A DNA stretch of 58,692 nt. It comes from Girardia tigrina. Its lineage: Eukaryota. Under the pieces are notes generated by a model that worked only from the letters and a program-made list of their open reading frames with translations, was not told the origin of the DNA and did not search any database. Positions within the stretch are counted from its first letter, which is position 1. The number at the start of each line of letters is the position of its first letter. Location of the stretch: positions 1-58,692 of the forward strand of contig MQRK01218208.1 of the NCBI GenBank assembly GCA_001938485.1. The letters are read 5' to 3'. This document shows, piece after piece, positions 1 to 12,500 of the stretch. Position numbers and translations under genes: made by a program.

Positions 1-78
1 ATTCAATAGAAAATTGCTGATGATGATGTATATAAACATCGAAACATGTCCAATAGTTGTATAAAAAAAGCTTTAATC

Positions 79-82
<4 letters not shown>

Positions 83-118
<36 letters not shown>
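83..118. repeat. (TA)n microsatellite; others at 9517-9566, ~21342-21372, ~32731-32875, ~57407-57439, ~58578-58607
   Basis: Seen directly. Confidence 0.95.
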
Positions 119-122
<4 letters not shown>

Positions 123-549
123 AATTGCATAACGATAGTATTGTGTTAAAATTAATGATTAGAATAACAAAAGATGCTTATTTAACAAAAATTTTCTGTT
201 AAAATAAAAGATAAATAATTATTTAAATTTATACTTGTAACATAATTTTGGAAATCTAAAATATTAATATCATCTAAAAATTATTTTCTAAATATCACCA
301 TCAATTAGAAAATTGAAAGGAATTGGTAAAAATAAACTAAAATATATCAAAAAATTTAAATAAATAAAATTCCTAATAGCGAAAAGAAAATATGAATTTT
401 ATGAATCGAAAATCACAAAAAACGAGTCCTAAAATATTCTAAGAAATCTTGGAATAAATTTCGTGTTGTTTAAATACTCTGTTTAATCAGTCATTGTCCG
501 AACCACATTTTATTCACGCAACAGTAATTTTCAAAAAAGAAAATCCAAA

Positions 550-712
550 ATGATTTTGAACAGCTCGAAATATTTTGAACAAACGAATTATTTCATTCAA
601 CGGCAACGAATCACGAATAAAGATTATCGAACGAATCTCGAGCACATGTCGCATTTGAATTTGAATGACGAACCGAGTGTCATTCGGAATTCCGGTATCA
701 TTTGTACGATCG
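550..712 (+). CDS. Pyk: Pyruvate kinase exon 1 (missed by the ORF track)
   Basis: ATG at 550; translates MILNSSKY...[27 protein letters not shown], like PKM FLEHMCRLDID...RNTGIICTIG; donor GTAATT at 713 (phase 1). Confidence 0.9.
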
Positions 713-3700
713 GTAATTGATTATCAATATTTATTTTTTTTTAAATTTCGTATCGCTCCTGATTCAACTGAATGAATTTTTCATCAAAATTTTCTTATTC
801 AAATTATTTATATTAAAAATAAATTTTTTCTTTAAAAAATATTTTGATATATTAAAAAAATATTTATATTTTGGCTATCGACCTCAATTTAATATGAAAA
901 AATCTTAATATCATATTCGAAATAGACTCCAAATGTAAAATTTTTATTCATAGTTATTAAAACTTATTTCATGGTGGAAAGCTGATTTGCAAACGTATGT
1001 ATTTTTAAAACATTTTTTCATATTAAATACATAATTGTTCATATTAAATTGATATTTTTTTTCATATTTAAATACATTTTATAGCAATTAATATTTTTGC
1101 ATAATAAATCGATATTTTTCATATTAACTAAATATTTTTCATATCAAATATGCAGAATTTTTAACATAAATATCATAATTGAATTCAAAAATATTTTCAA
1201 AGGTCGTGCTTTTGGCAATTACACAATTTTTCCTCGTATGCTGATAATTTTTTTAAATATTGTAATATTTTTATATTTGCTTGGGCCCGTACGGAAATGT
1301 ACCCATTCAAAATAACATATACTCCAAAACTCGAATATTTTTTTTAGAAAAGTTTTTTCTTTCAAAAAATATAGGTGAAGAATTATTCGAGGTATTATCA
1401 AAGATTAAACTAATTAACGTATCGCTCTTGATTAAACTGAACGATTTTTCCATAAGTTTTTTTTATATTCAAGAAATTATGATTTTAAAAATAAAATTTT
1501 TCTTTAAAAATATTTTTTAAAATTAAAAAAAATTATATTTAGGTTATCGATCCAAATTGGATGGAGAGTGTAAATCTATGGAAAAATTAAACTTAAGCCT
1601 CGTATTTGACATTCGTTTTATACATTATTTTCTTTTAAGATGATTAAATGTATCTTGGGCTTGGGTTTACTTTGTACCGCTACTTGTTTTATGAATTTTT
1701 ATTCAATATAAGTATCATACTTACCTCTTCCAGAATATTAACCCAAAATAGCCTTCCAGAACTCAGAAAAAATAAGATTAAATATATAAATTATATATCT
1801 GTGAAATAATAAATGGTTAAATGGTTTAATTTTTAGGAATAAAATAAAATAAAATAATTTGTCATGAATTAGACTTTTAGGGAATAAAATGAAATAAGTT
1901 TTTTTTAAATTAGGATCATTAGACATAAAAGGAAATGAATTTCTATAAGTTAGGAATTATTAGACATAAAATCAAATCAAATTTTATCTTGCAGATAGCT
2001 TTTTCATAACTAAATGTTTCTTCAAAATTGAAATCTTTAAGCCATGTTATATGCCTGTGGTTTATACGATCTCTCACCTTTTCAATCTCCGATCGGCCAA
2101 GATCATATCATGATTTTTTCAATCATTTCGGGAGTATTAACAACATCACAATTTGAATGCAAACATTTATTGACAACACAAACAGATTCTTCACAACAAT
2201 TTTCAGAGGTCATCTTTCTTTGATTGATATAATTTTTTGTTAATTTATTCAAATCTAAAAAACAATGAATGGGAAATTTTAATATTAAATTTTAATTTCT
2301 CATAATTTTATTAAATAAAAGGACATTACGTAATTTTTAAATAAACATTAATTTTTAAAATATATTAAATTTAATAAGTTAAAATCGTTTACTAAAAATA
2401 TTTTTAAAATTCATAATTATCAAACTTTAATTAATTAGTACTTAAAATTAATATCATTAAATTAATTTCATTAGATTCAAATAATCAATCAATAAACATA
2501 TCAATCCCATCTGAGTAGGAGAGTCACAAATCTAAACAGCATACAAACAACAAACTTACAACATTCCAAATTATCCCTCACAGGGATTATTGACCCCGAT
2601 TTGACACCCAGAACGTTTAGCATCACTCGTGCTTATTTGGCGAAAATTAATTTATAAAGCTTATTCTTGGTTTTAGTGATGGATTTTTTCCTGAAAAAAT
2701 AAGGCTCTGTGAGCACAAAAAATGTCTTTATTGACTTAAATTAAGTGGGAAACCAAGTAATAATCTTCAGAGTAATCTAAAATAGAAATACATTCCTCAG
2801 TTAAACTATTACCCCAAATGATCTTTACAGTTTATCTATTAGAACAAAAGTCAAGGTAGCTATCATACGCGTCTTAAGATAAAAATTTGTCTTTATTTTA
2901 CCGACTGATTAGGTCTTTGCCTGAGACTTCACGTATTATATTTTGAATCAAATAGAATGAACGTCCCTGTAAATTAGCATTAGGAAAAGCAGAAGGGAAA
3001 GCATTTATCATTGCTACCTCAAAGTCTAATAATATCACTACAGGGTGAAATGTAGACCGAAATTCGATAATCATTTCATTTTTTTTAACAAAATCCTAAT
3101 TTATAAAATTTATGTCAATTTATCTTTAAAACCACCATTTCGTACATTTTCGGCTCATATCCACATTCCAACGATCTCGTACTGTATCTGAATTACTAAT
3201 ACGATCAATCACTTCACGAATAAAATTAATATACTCATCATTCACCGGTTCATTCCATTGTAATCCATTACACGACCGTTTTATGTAGCTACATGCTACA
3301 TAAATAAAAAAATTATAATTTCTCATAATAATCCATTACACGACCGTTTTATGTAGCTACATGCTACACGAAACCAATTTCCAATCGGGTAATGGACCAA
3401 TTAAATTTCCACAAATCGAATATACGCCTATTCTGGTGATCATATCTGGGATATTCAAGGGCAAGGGAGTACTCCTCGACCAATTTAATACTCCATCACA
3501 TTGAGATAATTGAAGATCAAGAACTCTCGCTCCGTTTAGTTCCTCTGGATCTTTACATTGTAAACCGTACTTCGATAAATGATTCCGTACTTCTTCTACG
3601 CTCACTATGTCTTCATTTAAAAATGATATCATCTATATAATGCCGAGTTCCACGGCAAAATTTTTAATCAATAGACAAAACCTTTCCTAAAATCATGGAC

Positions 3701-6700
3701 ATTATTTTCGGAGCGGATACTAAACCAAATCCTAATCCTGTAAGCTCGTAAAGTTTACCATTAAATCGCACTCTCTGATACTTCCATAAAGTTGAATCTA
3801 CTCCGATTTGTAAATAGGCATTTTTCAAGTCGATAATTTTGCAATTCTTTGGCATACTTCTCCACTCGCGAAGTTCGTCATCCACTGCATCTAATGTTTG
3901 AGAACTAATAAACTGATTCAATTCTCGATAATCCATGACAGGCCTTACTTTACCTTTTTTTCTTGTTTGACCGCAAGCAACGGTATAATTCCTTCTCCAT
4001 CACTATTTGAACTTTTCTTTAACCAACCCTCACTAATCCAACCCTGTAGTACCTCATAAAACTTTATTCTAATGTCTTTATCCATATGATAATTCGCAAC
4101 ATTATTTGACAACTTAGGTGTTATATCTTTCCATTTCCATTATACTTCCCACTTCCGTCCAGTAAATTTCGCATTAAAATCAATATCATTTATTTCGAGA
4201 TTTGTTTGTTTTGTACCGCTTTGATACAACTTTTTACTCGAAAATGAATCAATATTATTTCTCTCACTATTCGACTGTGTGGCGCCGCTATGACACTCCT
4301 ATTTACTCCACGAAACACAACCTTTACTATCAATTTTAATATCTTCTCATTGCATTATTCCATCCATAACAATAATAACATCTACATCTTTTACTAACTC
4401 GCTCATAACTAAACACTTTAATCTCAATATCACATTAGACTGTCACTCAATCTCTATCTCACACTCTCCAAGCACAGCTACTTCATTTCCATCAACTGCC
4501 TTAACGCACACTTTTAAAACATTTTTTTTAAAACATTTAATATCTTCTCATTGCATTATTCCATCCATAACAATAATAACATCTACATCTTTTACTAACT
4601 CGCTCATAACTAAACACTTTAATCTCAATATCACATTAGACTGTCACTCAATCTCTATCTCACACTCTCCAAGCACAGCTACTTCATTTCCATCAACTGC
4701 CTTAACGCACACATTAGACTCAATCATCTTCTCTCTACCCAACTCATATCTTACAATACACACATCACTCCCACTATCAATAAGAGAATTAACCCACTTA
4801 CCGTTCAACTTCACCATCATCCGCATAGACACCTTTCTCTGCGTCCAAGAATAGGCGGTGCCAACTATTCTTGGTTTAAGTTTAAATGATTCTTCTTCTT
4901 ACATTCGTTCGCTTTATGAGCCCCTCCTCCACAGCTAAAACATTTAAACGTATTACTCGACATAAACTCCTTGGCTATATACCCAAGCTTCCACACGAAA
5001 AGCACTTCAGCATAGAGGTTTTTTGGCGCCTCTCATCCGTCTGATAGAGTTCGTCATTGGGCTTCTGCAACGTTTTATAAAAAATCCTCCGCCACGAGTG
5101 AAATCCATCGCCTCCTGATAAAGATCTATAACTCGCACATACAGTAACTTCTCCTCTCATCTCGTTAATTATGATCCTTACCTTTTCCACTAACTTAATT
5201 TGCGATATCTCGAATTTTTTTCTTTGCCGAGATTGAAGTATTTTATGTTAGTTAAAGCTGATATCTCTAACACGCGCCATGCCATCAGTTCATTTTCAGG
5301 AAAACGATCATTCAAATGCAAACATAATCTTTCAACGATTCTTAGAATGGAAGAAGTATTTACGCCAGGATTGCTTATAACTTGATAACTTCTTCATTCC
5401 AGAGAACGTTTTCGTCAAGATACTGAACTCGTAGCTTGTCGAGTTTTGCTCTGACAAACTGAAACGCTTCAACTGTTGTAATACTTTTGCACTGCAGCAG
5501 TTTTCTCAATTCAACCAGTTCACTCATAACGTTGTTAAAAACGGATCACTATTTAAGTTTACCTTTTACAGGCAGAATTAATCTAAAACATTTAAGTTTT
5601 TCATCAGTGCTTTTATCGCAGTGACGTGAAAGCCATCTTAATTCATCCAGAGGTCTAAAGGCGACGGGCTCGCATTCTAAACTTCTGCAAGTTCCCTGAA
5701 CTCAGGTTTCTTAACTGTTGATCTACTAAATAGTGTATACACGGTTCTAAGAAATCTTTCAATGTCTGCCATTAAACAAACATGCTTGCAAGCGTTGTCT
5801 GTACCTTAGTCTTCTCGATGAGCAACACAGTGCTGTTCAAACAGATGTGGAACGCTGCGTCGAAGAATTGCAGCTACACCATTGTTTTTTCCGAGCATCA
5901 CCGACGCACCATCTGACATAAACATTACCATTTTCTGCATGTCCAAGAAATTTTCTTAGTAAAAATCGCTTATCGTGTTTACTATTAAATTACTGTTACA
6001 CGTATTCAAACGCACAATTCCCCCAAAACTGTTTTATATGACCATACATTAACAAGACGATATTTGGCGTATAAAATTAACATCTTAGAAACTGAAATAT
6101 CCATGCTCTCGCCTACTGTCAATGTATGGAAGTTTGAACTGTTCCGTCATGATTTCTTTCTTGAATACGATATTTATGCACTCATGAAATTCAAACGCGT
6201 AATTTTTGCTGCGTCAATTGTCAGGATTTGACGTATACTTAACTAAATGATCGCATGTGTCCTGCACTACCGTCATTGACACATTCATATTAATATCTAA
6301 GAGAACGCTGTCAATCAACACTTTTATCTTGCCACCTTTTGCAGTTTTACGTTGTGTTATTTCTTGCCTAAATTCTCGGTCGACGGCACTCTCTGTTAGC
6401 ATTCTCTGCAACGTTCTTAGTTTCTTTGATCTAAGTTTTTCCACAGCGCTATTGTATTTTTTGCTGTATATGATAATCCAACTTCCAATCGTTCCATCGT
6501 TTTCCCTCACAGAAATCATTGTCTACATTTCCTTCCATGCAGATTTCACAAACTACAGTGTCGTCAGTTTCTCGATACGAAAAGATATCCCTAAGCTTAA
6601 CATATTCATCAGACAAAAACTCCGGTATTCTTGTTATCACAACTTCACTAAACCATTCTACTTTAAATTTCTTGCTACACTTTTTATTTTGAACTACCGA

Positions 6701-9513
6701 CTTGCTCAGCTCGTTTAACTTGGGCTTCAACATAAGGGCTATTAATTACAACTAAACCAATTTATTTTATTGAAAAATTGCTAATATTATAACAACTTTA
6801 AAGAGTCTAATAAAATATTCATGATAGATTAAAATTTTCTAAATAGCTATTTAACATATAAATAAATATATAGTTAATTATTCTTACAGTTATTATTTTT
6901 TTAAAATAGATATCTAAATAGACTTTTCTCAGTTCTATATAATTTTTTTATTAAAATTTAAGCAATTATTATACAGTCAATAAATTAAAGTCAGACACTA
7001 ATTTATTTTAAATCCAATAAATAACGAAACAGAGATTAATTTATTTACATCCATATATAGAATTTTACTAATTGGAATGATGTGTCACCATTTTGTCAAA
7101 GATGTCACGTTAAAGCTTACTGCGCCACGTTCGAAAATTACTGCGCAGCCGCGCTGCTGCGCAACTTAGAGGGAACCTTGGTCTTATCTCGTGTTTCCGA
7201 GTCGAGTCAAAAAAATTCTAACTCGAATTCGACTCGTCAGTCAGAATGAATCGACTCGACTCGGCTGACACGCGTGTTGACTCAACTCTGGCTGAACCTT
7301 AGGTTTAAATAAAATTACATATTTAAGGCATATTCAATTATATAATAAGTATTTATGTTCTTTACAAAGTGAACAAGAGATGGATAGGTTAAGAGAAAAA
7401 AATATAATATATAAAAATGTAAAAAAAAAATACCTAACTAGAAATTCCTAATATTTTCTAAAGTTATGTCATGCTTACATCATTAATCAACCATTTATGT
7501 TCCTAAATCTGTTCACAAATTTTGAATAAAACCTTTTTCGATTTTTTTATGAAAAATAATGACAAATGATGATGAAAAAAGTATTTTTGGTTGAATCGAA
7601 GATGGACGGAATAATACTAAATAAATCATAACTGTCCATAATTAATTCGTTTAATTTTTTAAAAGGACCGGCATGTAAATCAGTGTCAGTTCTTCATAAA
7701 ATGATCGCCGCTGGAATGAATGTAGCTCGTCTAAATTTCAGCCACGGAACACATAAATATCACGAAGAAATGATAAAATACGTACGAGAAGCAGTCGATA
7801 CATTCAAGCCATATTATCGACCAGTCGCTATCGCGCTTGATACAAAGGGTCCTGAGATACGGACCGGTCTGATTAATGGGGGTGGAACAAATGAGGTGGA
7901 ATTGATAAAAGGAAATACAATTAAAGTTGTAATTGATGAGAAATACTCCAAGGAATGTAACGAGAATATTCTGTGGGTCGATTATAAAAACATTATTTCA
8001 ATTCTCGATGTACAAAGCTCAATTTATATCGATGATGGATTGATCAGTTTAATTGTCACAGAAAAAGGTATGATTAAATTATTATAAAAGCAAAATAATT
8101 TAGTTTTTATACTAAAATATGAAGTGTTTGAATTTTCGATTCTATGATATGGTAATGTTTTAACAAAAGATACTTTGGTGTTTCCGATTTTTAATATTTA
8201 ATATTTTAAACAAAAAAGGTTCATGAAAATAAATATAAAATGGATAAAATGTAAAAATATATTGCCAGTTTCTTCTTTTTGGACAAACTTTACTAAATAA
8301 TATCATAAATTACATGATTATTAATGATGTGTGATCTATCCAAATACTGGTGACTCTTAAAAATTTTTATAAAAAGGATTTTTGTCACGTTACTTAATAG
8401 TATGACTCACCAATTAGTGTGACTATTTTTTGTTTCAGATAGTTGGTTTTTATTAAGAAAATCGTAGAACATTTTAATATTAATAAAATTATATTCGTGT
8501 TATGACTTTTTTCAACCCCATGCTCTTTTACTGTAGTTTGATGAAGTTTTCCCTAAAAAGCACGAAATGAACTATTATTTGCCATACCTTTTCAAAAAAG
8601 TTCACATCACCATTGAAAAATTAATTTTGATATAATTCCTACCATGTATTCAAATGTATTTAGAATTTCATAGTTATGTAATACAACAAATTTTCAATTC
8701 AACAAAGACTCAGACCTTTGACCTTCCTCTTACTCTTGCTTATTGCATAGAAAGAATAGAAGGTGCAATTTGTCTTTAATTTTGAATGACGAATAAATTT
8801 CCTCCATTACTTTGATTGTGCGCTTTGCGAATTGATTACTTCTGGGTATCTGTAGTATATATGGGTCTCGCTTCCAGTGATTTTTCATAGAGCTTAAAGC
8901 CTCTTTGTATTGATTCAGTACTTCAACCAATTTATTGAAGTTGTTTTCGTTGTACAGTTGGTCTGTAAACCAATGGTCTGCCCAACTATACGATATAAAT
9001 CGACATACTCTCTGCAGAACTGTCCTTGTTGAATGAATTAAAATGAAGGTCATGATCGCTAGTATAGCTCTGGAATTCCACCTCGCATTGCTGATGTTGG
9101 GTATTTTCTGAATTCTGATCAATGAAAATGTTCCTTTTCCGCAAATCGTAAAACTCTAGTGAAATGAAACAAAAATTTTATATCATCTCTCCATCCTGAT
9201 GTTTCGAGAATTACTTCTGTTCCGTTATAAAACTGTGCTTTCAATTGTTCGTGCTCCTTCAACAGTTGAGATACAAATGGATATTCGATATTTGGCGATT
9301 GTGTTTTATTTCCAAGTTCTTCATCCATCATCACACGGAGCATTCTATCTAATACATGGTGTTGACAACTGATAAACTGAGGTTTGTTGATGCGTTTCTC
9401 TGTGAACATTCGTTGCAATCTTACAATGATATGAATAAAAAGTCTTAGTTAAAATCTTACATTCTAGATGATTTGATAAAAAAATTTCACGCTCAAAATG
9501 ATTTCAAAAATTG

Positions 9514-9567
<54 letters not shown>

Positions 9568-12500
9568 CGGAATCACCCCCTCTGTTCGTTTTCTGTTTTC
9601 GAATTAAAGTATGAATTGAAGAACTGTTCCTAGATAAGATATCAGAATTTATAATTATTCAAAGCCATGTAACTTGATTTATATAATCTATTTCTTTCCT
9701 GGAATATATCAATTATAAAAACCACTTAATTACTAAAAATGTTGACCTGATGTTGCATTGTGGTTATATATTTAAATTTTATTGTGGTTATAGATTTAAA
9801 ATTTGCCTTATGTATTAAGGCAACATTTTGTACAAATATTTTCTCATTAATGCTAAATATCTAAGTTTAATTTATTTTATTTGCATTTTTGTCTTCTAAA
9901 CGTTTTATAATTACTTGTGTTTCAAATCTTGGTTTTAAAATCGGTATTTTTTAAAATCTAATTGCTAATATTTGTATTTGCATTAGGCATTTTCTGTTTC
10001 GAAGTATTTATTTTTTGTTTTGAATTTTTTAAAAAATTATTTTAATTTTTTTTAAAGATTAACTATGTATATTATTTCATGTACTTTAATTATTTAGTGG
10101 ACTTGAACTAATTATAAATTAGCATATAATAATTAAGTGTAAATATGAATGTAGGCTATATATACAAATATAAATTGAAATAGTTTCTCTGTGACTTCAA
10201 CAGATACATTGGCAATTTATTTGTATCTCATTATCCAAGATCGAATAAAATTCTACAAACTAATATTCTTCAAATAATGTACTTGATATTCAGTACTTTA
10301 TTTTTTTGATAACATTCTGGAATACCTTGTTTCATTAGGTTTTATCTAGGGTGTTCAAAATTACCGAAAAATCGTTTACCGGTATTACCGTATTGTATGA
10401 TGCATTTACCGGTAAAAATATTTACCGGAAAATAAAAAATCGATTACCGGTTTTACCGTATTGTTTTTGCATTTACCGGTAAAAAATATTTACCTGAAAA
10501 TAAATTTTATTTAACAAGGTATAAATGCAACTAAATATTTTGGTAAAGCAACAAGACAATTAAAAATTCTCAAATTTTATTTCAAAACAATCAATTTTTA
10601 TTTGTTTCAGTCTTTAGTTTCAAAAAATATCCTTTTAAAAAACATAATGCATCGATCATATTATCTCCAAGGTTTGATCTTATTTTTGTAACAAATAAAC
10701 CAACTGCTGAAAACGCCCTCTCTGATTCAACAGTTTTTTTAGATAATTTTTAGAAGAGTTGGACATTAAATATTTTGTTCAATGAAATAGTCCACTTCAC
10801 TTTGAATTACTTTATTGTTGTCAGTATAAATTTCATTTTTTTTGTTTTTTAATGTGGTGGAGAACCCGCATTTTCCCCTTACTACTAATGATAAAAATTT
10901 GGTATACATTGGATATGTTCTAACTGTACCATATTCAGAAGTTTAAAATATTTGAAAAATTCTATTTTGAAAGCGTTAAATAATGCAATAAGATTAAAGG
11001 TAATATCCCGTACCTTAAAAAATTGAAAGCATGTTCGGCAATAAATCTCTAACGCCGTTAGGATTGTGTTCGGATCTCATTTACCAATATACATGTAATG
11101 GGTGTAACACCACATACATTGTAGAGACTTCATGCCATCTGTCAGAGAGTCCAGGAACACAGTCGTAATGAAGGTGGAAGTAACATTCCAGGACATTGAA
11201 GACATTGTAAGGAAGACAAAAATTCACAGCACTTTAAAATTCTGTGCACTCAATTTGATTTTTAGAAGAGAGTGACATGTAAAGCGTTATAAGATCTTTG
11301 GATCCTAAAATTAACGGTTAAAGGTTGAAGTTCAAACTCTACAACTCTGTTGGGTGTTTTTAAATAATGCGCTGATGGCATTTTGATTACATAACCACTA
11401 CCTGCACTAAATAAGTAAATTTCGTTGGAAAAATCATTTGATCCGACGATGACGGCTAAACCGTCGAAATTAATAAACTGATTGACTTTAAAATTTTTTA
11501 TTTGATAAATTGCCAATTGTATTTAACTTTATTTACAAATATTTTAATTAATTTTTATTATTTATTTAAAATTTTCTTCTTTTTATGTTTACAAATTCTT
11601 ATTTAAATTAATTAAATCTCAAACCAGAACAAGACATATTTTCAAGCATCACATAATCATCAGGAAACCTAACAGCCTTAAATCTGAATGCTTTTCCTAT
11701 AGTCACTATTTTTATCAAAACAAACATCATGTGTTTCTAGAGCAAATAGATTTTAATGAGTTATATGATTCCAAGTATTCTTCTATTTATTTCTTTTAAT
11801 TCAAGTATTTTTTTCGACACATGACTGTTTGATATTAAATTTTCTTAAAATTTTGTTTAATAATAGGACTAATTTAACCTTAAGATTCCAAATTTATTTA
11901 AATCCCTATGCAACTTACATTTTTAATTCTTTTTGCCTTAAAATTTTACATTTATATAAAATGTATTGCGATTGTGTCATTAACATGTTATACTTTATAT
12001 GATATATTAAATCAGTGGTTTCCAACTATAGCAAGGGGGGCATGCAGCTGTTTCCAAAAATATCATTTTCGAATACAAACCAAAAATCGAATAGGTGTCA
12101 CAAAAAATGAATCAACAATTTTTTTAAAGGGGGGCACCGGTACAAAAAGGTTGGAAACCACTGTATTATTAGGTGTACAAGTATTAAATACGGATTAAAT
12201 TTTGAAAAGAAATACGTTAAAAACAAAAGAACGATAAAAAAAGCTTTATTCAAAATATGCTCCATTACTAATGATACATTTGTCCCATCTATATCTCAAA
12301 TTGTGGATACCTCGCCAGTAAAAGTCTTCCTTTTTTTCCATGAACCATTCATCGACCCATTTTTGCACATTTTCGTAAGAATCAAAGCGCTGCTGAGCAA
12401 GTTTGACCCATCGATGCAAACAAATGGTAATCTGAAGGAGCCAAGTCTGGTGAATAAGCCGCATGAGGTAAAACTTCCCAATTCATTTCCTCCAACATGG

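Noticed and set aside
717-1926. Short F/I/L/K-rich ORFs, and YIYIYI ORFs at 32519 and 57265
   Set aside because: Chance ORFs in AT-rich or (TA)n sequence
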